Source of the DNA: an uncultured Spirochaetota bacterium
Lineage (GTDB): Bacteria > Spirochaetota > Spirochaetia > SZUA-6 > Fen-1364
DNA: 64,000 nucleotides
Direction: 5' to 3'
Assembly: GCA_963781885.1 (NCBI GenBank)
Contig: CAWAHW010000002.1
Span: 896,001-960,000 of the forward strand
Made by a program: the position numbers and the translations under genes. Below, one piece after another: positions 50,542 through 60,322 of this stretch (position 1 is its first letter; each line of letters begins with the position of its first letter). The notes below the pieces were generated by a model. The model was not told the origin of the DNA. It worked only from the letters and a program-made list of their open reading frames with translations, and did no database searches.

Positions 50542-51291
50542 TCAGGTCCGGGGCCAATTCCGCGCGAGCAGCTCCCGGAACGAATCCGGCGTGAGAAGCG
50601 CGACATGCGCGCGGAGCCATTCCGCCTGGACGTAGCCCCAGGTGGCCAGATACGGCATGATCCGTGGGTTCGTATTGTCGCTGATGGCATCGATCTGGTC
50701 TTCCACGAAAATCGCCCGTTCGAATCCACCCTGCATGCGGAGACGCTCGACAGCGGCGAGCTTCGGCTCGCCCTCGCTGTGGATGATGCGCTCCTGCGGC
50801 AAGGCAATGCCCTGCGCTCCCAGGATCTCGGCGATGAAGGGCGGCCGTTTCGTTGAAAGGACGCAAAGAACCGCGCCCGCCGGGAGACCGGCGATGCCCG
50901 CGGCAACATGCGGGTAGATTCGGTTCATCCGCAGCCAGCCGTCCCTGTCCGCCTTCAGGAGGGAAGCGCGCGCTTCGTAGAAAAGATGCATGAATCGCTC
51001 CATCCTGCCCGATCCTGCGCGTCGCGCCTCTTCGTCGAACTGCGCCTGCGAGCCGATGGAAACGCCGTCGTCCACGAGCTTCTGGATAAGGACGAAATCC
51101 TCACCCGACCGGACAAAAGGACGCAGACGGGCGAAAGCGGCGTGCGCCTCGCTGCTGGCGGCGGGTGCGGCGCCCTGCAGGAAAAGATCATGGTAGGCCG
51201 TCCATGACGACGCGAAGCATTCCTCGATGGAGTCGCAGATAACCCCGTCGAAGTCCAGCACCAGGAGCGACGGAAACCGGCTCACGCGCAC
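50542..51291 (-). CDS. HAD superfamily hydrolase
   Basis: LDFDGVICDS, LSTK, FVED, LATWGY. Confidence 0.85.
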   Translation of the reverse strand: MRVSRFPSLLVLDFDGVICDSIEECFASSWTAYHDLFLQGAAPAASSEAHAAFARLRPFVRSGEDFVLIQKLVDDGVSIGSQAQFDEEARRAGSGRMERFMHLFYEARASLLKADRDGWLRMNRIYPHVAAGIAGLPAGAVLCVLSTKRPPFIAEILGAQGIALPQERIIHSEGEPKLAAVERLRMQGGFERAIFVEDQIDAISDNTNPRIMPYLATWGYVQAEWLRAHVALLTPDSFRELLARNWPRT

Positions 51292-51380
51292 GCCTCCGGC
51301 TCCACACTACTTGAAATGCCTCTCACGCGGAAGAGGCGCGGGAGTGTACGTCCGCGGCGACTTCCGCTATACCTGTTGCC

Positions 51381-52760
51381 GTGAAGAGGCTCATCTACAG
51401 GGATTTCCTCGGCCATTTCGATGCAAAGGGGCGGCTCGCCTGCGCGTGCGGCAGCATCCACAACCTCCAGACCCGATCCGTCCTCGTCTCCGGGGATGCG
51501 CTGGAAGAATCGACGCAGCTGCTGGCGGAGAGCAAGGGCAGCGGTGTCCGGCTCTGGGTATTGAGCGACACGAATACAGAGGCTGCCGCAGGGGCGCGAT
51601 TCAAGAGCGTCGTGCGCGCGGCGCGGGTCGTGTCGCGCGTCCTGCAGGGCACGCCTCGCGTGCGTCCCACGGAGGAGCTCGCCCAGGAGCTCGCGCGGGA
51701 GGTGGGCGGCGCATCCGTTGACCTCATCGTCGCGGTGGGCAGCGGCGTCATTTCCGACCTTGGCAAGCGCGTTTCGCTCCTGTCGGGTGTGCCCAACTGG
51801 TGCGTGGCCACGGCTCCCTCGGTGGACGCGTATGGTTCGGCGACGGCGGCGATCGACGTCAGCGGCTACCACGGCGCCGTGCCCTGCCGCGTCTCGGAAG
51901 TGATCGTTGCCGACCTGGACGTGATAGGCCGCGCCCCGCGCGTGATGTTCCAGGCCGGCCTGGGCGACCTGCTGGCGAAGTTCATCGCACACATGGACTG
52001 GAACCTCGCGGCCGTGATGACCGGGGAGGCCTACTGTTCCCTGGCGGCCGACACCGCGCTGGAGTCGGCGCGTGCGGCGCTCGATGCCGCCCGCAGGCTC
52101 GACGATGAGCCGGCGGAGGCCACGCGTACGCTCATGGATGCCGGGCTGAGCTCATCGTTTGCGATGCAGGCAACTGCCGGGTCGCGTCCGGCTGCCTCGG
52201 CGGAGCACACCCTCGCGCACTTCTGGGAAACGGCGCATTCGTCGGGTCGGGAAGACCTGGATCTGCACGGCATCCTCGTCGGGACGGCGAGCCGCATTGT
52301 TCTGCCCCTCTACGAATCGTTCTACAAAAGGCTGGAAGGATTCACGCCCGATGTGCCGCGGCGGCTCGCGAGCTACGACGCGGAGCCTTCATGGCGGGAA
52401 GGCCTGGCGAACGGCCTCCGTCCCTTTCTCTCGAAGATCGAAGAGGAGATGTCACGGCGCGTCTTCGACAAGGCCGTGCTTGCCGGGCGGCTTTCGACCT
52501 TCGTCGAAAAGAGACGGTCGATCATCCAGAAGGGACAGGAAATGCTCGGGGAGCTGGCTTCCTCGGTGAAGGTGCTGGAAAAGATCGGATGCCCTTTCAC
52601 GGTGAAAGATCTCGCCATACGCCGGGAGAACGTCCTCCTGCCGCTGCGGAGCATCCGTCTTCTGCGCCGGCGCTATTCGAGCTTCGACCTCGCCTATGAG
52701 CTGGGCATCGAAGAGTCCATCGTACGGGAGGCCGAAGGCAATCCTGCCCTGGGTGAATGA
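51381..52760 (+). CDS. sn-glycerol-1-phosphate dehydrogenase family (AraM/EgsA-like)
   Basis: CACGSIH N-terminus, VGSGVISDLGK, TAPSVD, AGLGDLLAK, SAEHTLAH, LHG. Confidence 0.82.
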   Translation: MKRLIYRDFLGHFDAKGRLACACGSIHNLQTRSVLVSGDALEESTQLLAESKGSGVRLWVLSDTNTEAAAGARFKSVVRAARVVSRVLQGTPRVRPTEELAQELAREVGGASVDLIVAVGSGVISDLGKRVSLLSGVPNWCVATAPSVDAYGSATAAIDVSGYHGAVPCRVSEVIVADLDVIGRAPRVMFQAGLGDLLAKFIAHMDWNLAAVMTGEAYCSLAADTALESARAALDAARRLDDEPAEATRTLMDAGLSSSFAMQATAGSRPAASAEHTLAHFWETAHSSGREDLDLHGILVGTASRIVLPLYESFYKRLEGFTPDVPRRLASYDAEPSWREGLANGLRPFLSKIEEEMSRRVFDKAVLAGRLSTFVEKRRSIIQKGQEMLGELASSVKVLEKIGCPFTVKDLAIRRENVLLPLRSIRLLRRRYSSFDLAYELGIEESIVREAEGNPALGE

Positions 52761-53216
52761 TCAGATCTGGAAGTCCTGGCCTGCTTCCAGGTGAGCGAAT
52801 ATCTTCTTGCCGTTTTTTTCCATGATGTCCTTGAGCGTGACATTCGTGAGGTAGTCTTCCATCGTCTTCTGCAGCCCGGTCCAGATGTCATGCGCGGGGC
52901 AGGGCTCGGGCCTGTCGCAAAGGGTCTTCCGCCGGAGCGTGCAGGGCGTGAGGCCGTGCGTCTCCCCGACGGCCTGAAGGATGTCGTGGACGGAGATCTC
53001 CGCGGGCTTGCGGTTCAGCACGAAACCCCCGCCGGGGCCTCGCACGGACCGGATCAGTCCCGCCTTCTTGAGCTTGAAGAAGATTTGCTCGAGAAACTCC
53101 GACGAAACCTTTTCCTCGCCGGCGATGGAGCCGATGGAGACAGGGCGATTGTGGTTGGTCATCGCCAAGTTGATGACTGCGCGAAGACCGTATCTGCCCT
53201 TGCTGGTGATTCTCAT
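52761..53216 (-). CDS. Rrf2 family regulator (IscR-like, three Cys)
   Basis: KGRYGLRA, LEQIF, SVRGPGGGF, C-x6-C-x5-C-x2-H. Confidence 0.92.
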   Translation of the reverse strand: MRITSKGRYGLRAVINLAMTNHNRPVSIGSIAGEEKVSSEFLEQIFFKLKKAGLIRSVRGPGGGFVLNRKPAEISVHDILQAVGETHGLTPCTLRRKTLCDRPEPCPAHDIWTGLQKTMEDYLTNVTLKDIMEKNGKKIFAHLEAGQDFQI

Positions 53217-53298
53217 CCTTTTATCGACTCCGTATAGATATATTATTGCGCTTGTTAGATATTATCAACTGGTAGCGCTCAATGGGCGGCGAAATCAC

Positions 53299-55437
53299 AT
53301 GAATATCGGCTCCCGACAATCGGCTTTCATCGTCCTGACCGCTCTGCTTTTCGTTCCGATCCAGGCTGAGGCCGCCTTTCCCGGCGCTCTACCGGTGAAT
53401 CCGGTGCAGGCGCGGCTCGTGCCGGAGGTTCTTTCGGTGAAAGCGGGCGCGCCTTTCACCGTCGCCCTCGAGCTTGAAATCAGACCCGGCTGGCACGTCT
53501 ACTGGGAGAACCCGGGCGATTCGGGTCTGCCGACAAAGCTGGAGTGGCAGCTCCCTCCCGGTTTCCGTGCCGGGCCCCTTTCGTGGCCCGTGCCGCAGAG
53601 ATTCGATTCCCCGGGCGCCGTCACCTTCGGCTATGCCGACAAGGTCCTCCTCCTCACGAAGATCACGCCGCCCGACACGCTCTCCACCGACGCACAGGTC
53701 GTCTTGAAAGCGCGCGCGGAATGGCTTGCCTGCCAGGTGGAATGCACGCCGGGCGCGGCATCTCTTGAGACGAGCCTGCCGGTGACGGTTGGAAATCCAT
53801 TGCCTGATCCGGCGTGGACACATCGTTTCGAGGCTGCCCGGGCGTCCATCCCTGTTTCCGCGCCCGGCTCGAGCTTCCATGCAACGGTCGCGGCCGGCCG
53901 ACTGGACCTGCATGCCGAAGGCCTCGTGTTGCCCGCCGACGCCCAGGCGTCTTTCTATCCCGAAGATCCGGGCGTCCTTTCTATGTCGACCCCGCAGCCC
54001 CTGTCGCGCGTTTCCTCGGGTTTCGATCTTCGGCTTCTTCAAGACGTCGGCGCGCAGACCCCGGACCGGTTGCGGGGCGTGCTTGTTGTCACCGCGCCAG
54101 GGCAGGCCAGCCCTCGGGGCGTCCTGGTCGATGCGCAGGTGACGCCCTCGTCTGCATCGGCCGCGGGCTTTCCCGGTCTGCCCGGGTTCCTGCTGGCGCT
54201 CCTTTTTGCGTTTGTCGGCGGGGTGATCCTGAACCTCATGCCGTGCGTGCTGCCGGTCATCTCCCTGAAAGTGCTCTCACTGGTCCGGCAGTCGCAAGAA
54301 GAGGGCAGGAGGGCGCCTGTCCACGGAATGCTCTTCGCAGGGGGCGTGCTCCTTTCATTCTGGGTCATGGCTGCGCTTCTTGCAGGGGCGCGGGCCGCGG
54401 GCAGGCTGCTTGGCTGGGGATTCCAGCTTCAGAGCTCCGCGGTCGTGGTGGCGGCCGCGGCGCTTTTTTTCCTCATCGCGCTGAATCTCCTGGGCGTCTT
54501 CCAGCTCGGGATTTCTTTCACCCGTTTGGGCGGCCTGCTTCGCGGAAGGACAGGTGCAGCGGGATCCTTTCTGAGCGGGCTTTTCGCCGCGATCGTCGCC
54601 ACGCCGTGCACGGCGCCGTTCATGGGTGCCGCCCTTGGCTATGCGCTTTCCAGACCACTGCCCGTGGTTTTCGGTGTCTTCACCGCGCTGGGCATCGGTA
54701 TGGCTGCCCCGTACCTGATTCTGGCGGCGGCGCCCCGGCTGGCCGCGGGGCTGCCGAAGCCGGGACCGTGGATGGAAACGCTCCGCCAGGTCATGGGCTT
54801 CCCCATGCTCGCCGCCGTGATCTGGATGCTCTTCGTTCTCTCAGGGCTTGCGGGCGGCACCGCAGTGATCGCGCTTCTTGCAGCGCTCCTTGCCGCGGGC
54901 ATCGGCGCGTGGGCGTGGGGGCGCTGGGGCGGCATCGATCGATCCCGTCGCACGCGGCTGCTCGCGGGTGCGTGTGCGCTCGTGCTCGCGGTGGGCGGTC
55001 CGGTCGGCGCCGCCGAATACGGCCGCGCGCTCCAGGTTGCGCCGGAGGCCGGCCTCTCGCAGGCGCCGAGCCCGGCCGCCGCAGGGTGGGAGGCGTGGAG
55101 CCAGGATCGCGTGGACCAGCTCCGCCGGGACGGCGTTCCCATTTTCGTCGATTTCACCGCGCGCTGGTGCCTGAGCTGTCAGGTGAATGAAAGGGTCGCG
55201 CTGGCCAATGATGCCGTCATGAAGCGCTTTGCCGCGCTGGGAGTTCACCTGCTGCGCGCGGACTGGACCGCGGGAAGCGACTTGATCGCCGCCGGGCTGT
55301 CGTCATTCGGCCGCGCGAGTGTTCCACTCTACGTCTACTACCCGTCCCATGCCGACGAGCCCGTGCTCCTGCCCGAGCTCCTGACGCCCGGGATCGTGTT
55401 GAGCGCGCTGGATCGACAGGTCCGAACCTCGGACTGA
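53299..55437 (+). CDS. dsbD: Protein-disulfide reductase DsbD family
   Basis: GWHVYWENPGDSG, CQVEC, NLMPCVLPV, TPCTAPF, WCLSC. Confidence 0.9.
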   Translation: MNIGSRQSAFIVLTALLFVPIQAEAAFPGALPVNPVQARLVPEVLSVKAGAPFTVALELEIRPGWHVYWENPGDSGLPTKLEWQLPPGFRAGPLSWPVPQRFDSPGAVTFGYADKVLLLTKITPPDTLSTDAQVVLKARAEWLACQVECTPGAASLETSLPVTVGNPLPDPAWTHRFEAARASIPVSAPGSSFHATVAAGRLDLHAEGLVLPADAQASFYPEDPGVLSMSTPQPLSRVSSGFDLRLLQDVGAQTPDRLRGVLVVTAPGQASPRGVLVDAQVTPSSASAAGFPGLPGFLLALLFAFVGGVILNLMPCVLPVISLKVLSLVRQSQEEGRRAPVHGMLFAGGVLLSFWVMAALLAGARAAGRLLGWGFQLQSSAVVVAAAALFFLIALNLLGVFQLGISFTRLGGLLRGRTGAAGSFLSGLFAAIVATPCTAPFMGAALGYALSRPLPVVFGVFTALGIGMAAPYLILAAAPRLAAGLPKPGPWMETLRQVMGFPMLAAVIWMLFVLSGLAGGTAVIALLAALLAAGIGAWAWGRWGGIDRSRRTRLLAGACALVLAVGGPVGAAEYGRALQVAPEAGLSQAPSPAAAGWEAWSQDRVDQLRRDGVPIFVDFTARWCLSCQVNERVALANDAVMKRFAALGVHLLRADWTAGSDLIAAGLSSFGRASVPLYVYYPSHADEPVLLPELLTPGIVLSALDRQVRTSD

Positions 55438-55481
55438 TCGAGAGCGCCGGCCCACGCACGCGCGCCTTCGACGCGCTCGGA

Positions 55482-55535
55482 AATGCCACGGAATACCGTG
55501 ACTGGATTGACCCTCCCCATGGGCGCAACTATAAT
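55482..55535 (+). promoter_or_regulatory. gltX operon promoter with upstream palindromic motif
   Basis: AATGCCACGGAATACCGTG, 6 bp, TTGACC-17-TATAAT. Confidence 0.65.
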
Positions 55536-55591
55536 CGTTCAACACTTTTCGCAAAATGCCACGAAATGCACGGGGTACCGTGCATGATACC

Positions 55592-57100
55592 GTGGCCGAT
55601 TCGGGAGGCTCACCCGTGGGCGTTCGCGTGCGATACCCGCCGTCACCGACGGGCTTCCAGCACATCGGGAGCGTGCGAACCGCGCTGTACAACTACCTCT
55701 ATTCGCGCCGCACGGGCGGCACGTTCGTGCTGCGCATCGAGGACACCGACCGCAAGCGCTTCGTGCCGGAGGCGCTCCAGGACATCTACGACACGTTCGC
55801 CTGGCTGGGCTTCCATTGGGATGAAGGTCCGGACCTCGGCGGCCCCCATGCGCCGTACTTCCAGTCGGAGCGCACCGAGACGTATCGGAAGTACGCCGAC
55901 GACCTGCTCGCCCGCGGCCTTGCCTACCGCTGCTTCTGCACGGCCGAGCGCCTGGACGCCCTGCGCGCGCAGCAGGAGGCGGCAAAGACGGGTGCGCCCG
56001 GGGACCAATCCACCCAGGGGTACGACCGTCACTGCCGCAATCTTTCGGAATCCGAGCTGCGCGCGGCGGAGGCATCAGGTGCGCCCTCCGTGGTGCGGCT
56101 GAAGATCCCTCTGGAGGGGAGCACGACCTATCGCGACATCCTGCTCGGCGAGATCACGGTGGAGAACAGGACGATCAATCCGGACCCCGTGCTCATCAAG
56201 AGCGACGGCTTTCCCACCTACCATATGGCAAATGTCGTGGACGATCACCTCATGGAGGTGAGCCACATCATGCGCGGCCAGGAGTGGCTGCCGTCGGTCC
56301 CGGTGCACCTCATCCTCTACAAGGCATTCGGATGGGAGCCGCCGGTGTTCTGTCATCTGCCGATGGTCATGGGCAAGGACGGGCACAAGCTGTCCAAGCG
56401 ACTGGGCTCCACCAGCGTGCGGGACTTCCGCAGCCAGGGGTACCTCCCGGATGCGCTCCTGAACTGCATCGCGATGGTGGGATGGTCGTACGACGATTCA
56501 CGGGAGCTCTTCAGCCTCAAGGACTTGGAGGAGCTCTTCGACATCTCGCGGCTCACGAAGTCCCCCGGGGTGTTCGACTACCAGAAGCTGGAGTGGTTCA
56601 ACGGCATGTACATCCGCGCCAAGACCACAACGCAGCTCGCCGCGCTCATCAAGCCCTTCATGCAGCAGGCCGGGCTTCCGGCGGACGACATGACGATGCT
56701 CGAGGGAGTCGCCGGGCTGGTCCAGGAGCGCGTGAAAGTGCTCTCCGAGGTGCCGGCCATGGTGCGCTTCTTGTTCGAGGACCCGGCCGTTCCTCCCGCG
56801 GAGGAGCTGCTTGCAAAGAAGGTGGAGCCTGCCCGGGCGGCGGAAGCGATGAAGCGTTTAGTTGCCGTCCTGCCGGAGCTCTCCGGCAGTGACGAACAGG
56901 CGGAGGCGCGCCTGCGCGGGCTTGCCGACGAGCTGGGCATGAAGCTGGGCGACCTGCTCATGCCGTTGCGGGTCGCCGTCACCGGCTCCAAGGTGTCCCC
57001 GCCGCTCATCGCGAGCATCCGGGTGATGGGAATTGCGGCCGCGCGCAGGCGCGCCGAGAAGGCGCGTGTCGTGCTGGAAGAGTTCGCAGCAAGGAGTTGA
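55592..57100 (+). CDS. gltX: Glutamate--tRNA ligase
   Basis: PSPTGFQHIGS, LRIEDTD, RGQEW, KLSKR; start uncertain (55556-55617). Confidence 0.96.
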   Translation: MADSGGSPVGVRVRYPPSPTGFQHIGSVRTALYNYLYSRRTGGTFVLRIEDTDRKRFVPEALQDIYDTFAWLGFHWDEGPDLGGPHAPYFQSERTETYRKYADDLLARGLAYRCFCTAERLDALRAQQEAAKTGAPGDQSTQGYDRHCRNLSESELRAAEASGAPSVVRLKIPLEGSTTYRDILLGEITVENRTINPDPVLIKSDGFPTYHMANVVDDHLMEVSHIMRGQEWLPSVPVHLILYKAFGWEPPVFCHLPMVMGKDGHKLSKRLGSTSVRDFRSQGYLPDALLNCIAMVGWSYDDSRELFSLKDLEELFDISRLTKSPGVFDYQKLEWFNGMYIRAKTTTQLAALIKPFMQQAGLPADDMTMLEGVAGLVQERVKVLSEVPAMVRFLFEDPAVPPAEELLAKKVEPARAAEAMKRLVAVLPELSGSDEQAEARLRGLADELGMKLGDLLMPLRVAVTGSKVSPPLIASIRVMGIAAARRRAEKARVVLEEFAARS

Positions 57101-57102
57101 GA

Positions 57103-58488
57103 ATGGCGGAGAATGAGAAGAAGGCGCCTGGCGCAGCAGCCGATGTCGTCGCGGAAGAGGTCACCATGGACAAGCTGGTGTCCCTCTGCAAGCGCCGGGG
57201 ATTCATATTCCCCTCCAGCGAGATCTACGGCGGTCTTGCCTCCGCCTGGGACTACGGCCCCATGGGCGTGGAGCTGAAGAAGAGGATCCAGGAGTTCTGG
57301 TGGCGCCAGATGACGCAGCTCAACAGCAACATCGTGGGGCTCGATGCCGCCATCATGATGCACCCGCGCGTCTGGGAGGCATCGGGTCACGTTGAAAACT
57401 TCACCGACCCGCTCATCGACTGCAAGACCTGCAAGCACCGCTTCCGCGCCGACCAGGTTCCCGAAGAAAACATGAAGACCCACAAGTGCCCGGACTGCGG
57501 CTCCGCCACTCTCACGGAGGCCCGCAAGTTCAATCTCATGTTCACGACGCACATGGGCCCCGTGGAGGACGACGGGGGCCTGATCTACCTGCGGCCTGAA
57601 ACGGCGCAGGGCATCTATGTGAATTTCAAGAACGTGCTGCAGACCGGCCGCGTGAAGGTTCCCTTCGGCATTGCGCAGGTGGGAAAGGCCTTCCGCAACG
57701 AGATCACGACGAAGAACTTCATCTTCCGCACGTGCGAGTTCGAGCAGATGGAGATGCAGTTCTTCGTGCATCCGTCGGAGGACATGAAGTGGTTCGAGCA
57801 CTGGAAGGAGCGCAGGCTCCAGTACTACCTGGACCTCGGCGTGCGCAAGAGCAAGCTGCGCTTCCACCAGCACGGACCCGACGAGCTGGCCCACTACGCA
57901 AAGCTCGCCTTCGACATCCAGTACGAGTTCCCCTTTGGCTGGAAGGAGCTGGAAGGCATCCATAACCGCACCGACTACGACCTGAAGCGCCATACCGAGT
58001 TCTCCGGCAAGGACCTCACGTACCTGGACGAGGTGAGCCACGAGCGCTACATCCCCTACATCATCGAGACGTCGGCGGGTCTCACGCGCACGGTCCTCGT
58101 CGTGCTGTCGGATGCGTACGACGAAGAAGTCGTGGAGGGGGAGAAGCGCGTCGTGCTGCATTTTCACCCGCGTATCGCGCCGATCACCGTCGGCATATTC
58201 CCGCTCGTGAAGAAGGACGGGCTTTCCGAGCTCGCGCGGAAGCTTGACGACGAGCTGTGTGAGGACTTCCGCACCTTCTATGACGAGAGCGGTGCGATCG
58301 GCCGGCGCTATCGCCGGCAGGACGAGGTGGGCACGCCTTTCTGCGTGACGCTGGACTACCAGACGAAGGAGGACCAGACGGTCACCATCCGCTACCGCGA
58401 CTCGATGGAGCAGGTGCGCGTGAAGATGGCCGACATTGCCGCAACGCTGAAGAAGGCGATCAAGGACTATCGGAGGGTCGGGGAATGA
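57103..58488 (+). CDS. glyQS: Glycine--tRNA ligase, alpha2 type
   Basis: LRPETAQGI, GKAFRNEI, FRTCEFEQME, IGRRYRRQDEVGTP. Confidence 0.97.
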   Translation: MAENEKKAPGAAADVVAEEVTMDKLVSLCKRRGFIFPSSEIYGGLASAWDYGPMGVELKKRIQEFWWRQMTQLNSNIVGLDAAIMMHPRVWEASGHVENFTDPLIDCKTCKHRFRADQVPEENMKTHKCPDCGSATLTEARKFNLMFTTHMGPVEDDGGLIYLRPETAQGIYVNFKNVLQTGRVKVPFGIAQVGKAFRNEITTKNFIFRTCEFEQMEMQFFVHPSEDMKWFEHWKERRLQYYLDLGVRKSKLRFHQHGPDELAHYAKLAFDIQYEFPFGWKELEGIHNRTDYDLKRHTEFSGKDLTYLDEVSHERYIPYIIETSAGLTRTVLVVLSDAYDEEVVEGEKRVVLHFHPRIAPITVGIFPLVKKDGLSELARKLDDELCEDFRTFYDESGAIGRRYRRQDEVGTPFCVTLDYQTKEDQTVTIRYRDSMEQVRVKMADIAATLKKAIKDYRRVGE

Positions 58489-59752
58489 GCGGCGAAATGC
58501 GCGGAGTGCCGCGCAGCTCGGTTTTCGACACGCTGAAGGAGCGGGGCTTCGTCAGCCAATGCTCCAACGAGGAGGGCCTGCGGAAGCTGCTGGACACCGA
58601 AAAGGTCACGTTTTACATCGGTTTCGATCCGACGGCGGAGAGCCTCCACATCGGACACCTCCAGCAGCTCATGTTCATGGCGCACCTCCAGAGGGCCGGT
58701 CACCGGCCCATCGCCCTGGTGGGAGGCGGAACAACGCGCATCGGGGACCCCACCGGCCGCACGGAGAGCCGCAAGATCCTGCCCGTCGAGACGATCGCCG
58801 CCAACTCTGCGCTCTTCCGCGCGCAGATCTCCCGGTTCCTCGATTTCGCGGAAGACCGCGCGCTCATGCTCGACAATGCGGAGTGGCTTGCGCCGCTGAA
58901 CTACATCGAGTTCCTCCGCGACATCGGGCGGCATTTCTCCGTGAACCGCATGCTCTCCTTCGAGACCTACAAGATGCGCATGGAGACGGGGCTCTCCTTC
59001 ATCGAGTTCAACTACCAGATCCTCCAGTCCTACGACTATCTCGTGCTCTACAGGAAGCACGGCTGCCGGCTCCAGATGGGCGGCGACGACCAGTGGGGCA
59101 ATATCGTGGCGGGAATGGACCTCATCCGCAGGGTGGAGGGCGTGGAGGCGTTCGCGCTGACGTCGCCGCTCATCACCCGGTCGGACGGCAAGAAGATGGG
59201 AAAGTCGGAAGGGGGGGCGCTCTACCTTGCCGCGAACCTCGTGAGCCCTTACGAGTTCTACCAGTTCTGGGTCAACATCCCCGACGCCGATCTCCCGCAG
59301 TTCTTCCTGCGCTTCACGTTCCTGCCGGTCGCCGAGGTGAAAGAGCTCTGCGCCGCGAAAGATTCGGGTATCAACGACGTGAAACGCAGGCTGGCGATGG
59401 AGATCACGACGCTCGTGCACGGCGCGGAGGCGGCCGCGAGCGCGGCAGGCGCCGCGCGCGCGGCATTCGAGACGGACGGCGCCGGCGGACCCGGCGACCT
59501 TTCCGGCGTTCCCACGGTGGACGTGCCCCGTGCCGAGCTTGAAAAGGGCATGAATGTCGTGGATCTTTTCGTGCGCTCCACGCTCTGCGCGTCGAAAAGC
59601 GACGCACGACGGCTCGTGAGCCAGGGCGGCGCCTATGTGGGCCGCACGAACGTGACCGACATTGAGGCACGCATCGGCATCGATGCGGCGGAAGGGGGGA
59701 GCATCCTCCTGCGGGCCGGAAAAAGAGGTATTATCGCATCAGGCTGACGTGA
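58485..59752 (+). CDS. tyrS: Tyrosine--tRNA ligase (probable 1-base deletion in A run near 59722)
   Basis: GFDPTAESLHIGH, QMGGDDQWGN, KMGKS; adding one A gives the usual RAGKKRYYRI end with stop at 59752 (as read, stop at 59747). Confidence 0.96.
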
Positions 59753-59779
59753 GCGCAGAGGGCATCGAGGCGGGAGGCG

Positions 59780-60322
59780 ATGAAGAGGCTCCGGGAAACC
59801 GATCTCGGAAGATACGTGACGTCGATCGCGGGAACCGTGCACCCGGTGCGGGCGATATTCGAAATCTGCGGCACCACGCTCTTCGCCATTCCCTTCCTTG
59901 CCGCATTTGCCATGACGCGCTCCGCGCCGGTCTACCTCTACCTCGTCTATCCGCTGCTCTTTCTCGTGTCGCATTTCGTCTGGTTCCGCCTTCCCTCGGT
60001 TGACCGACGGGTACGCTGGCTGCTGTTCTGGCTGACGCTCACCGTCGTGGCCGCACTGGGCGCCGGCTACATGTTCTGGAGCTACAAGGAGGCGGCCGCC
60101 CGCGGCAGCAGCTTCCCGGCCCAGGGCATCTTCGCGATTCCCCACTGGGTGAGCCCGAACATCGACGTGCCTTTTCCCACGGCGGCCGCGTATTTCCTCG
60201 TGCCTTCGGGCGCCGGTGCGGCGGTCTACTGCCTCGTCCTCTCTCTCTTCCTGCGCATCTACGGCAGGTTCCGCGCGGAGGAGCATCGCCGACGCACTCC
60301 TTTGGACAGGCCGAAGCAGTGA
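59780..60322 (+). CDS. Hypothetical membrane protein (about 4 TM)
   Basis: RBS GGAGG, hydrophobic segments, stop overlaps lnt start. Confidence 0.7.
   Translation: MKRLRETDLGRYVTSIAGTVHPVRAIFEICGTTLFAIPFLAAFAMTRSAPVYLYLVYPLLFLVSHFVWFRLPSVDRRVRWLLFWLTLTVVAALGAGYMFWSYKEAAARGSSFPAQGIFAIPHWVSPNIDVPFPTAAAYFLVPSGAGAAVYCLVLSLFLRIYGRFRAEEHRRRTPLDRPKQ

Noticed and set aside
55536-55600. T-box riboswitch upstream of the three aminoacyl-tRNA synthetases
   Set aside because: Leader too short, no T-box consensus or terminator
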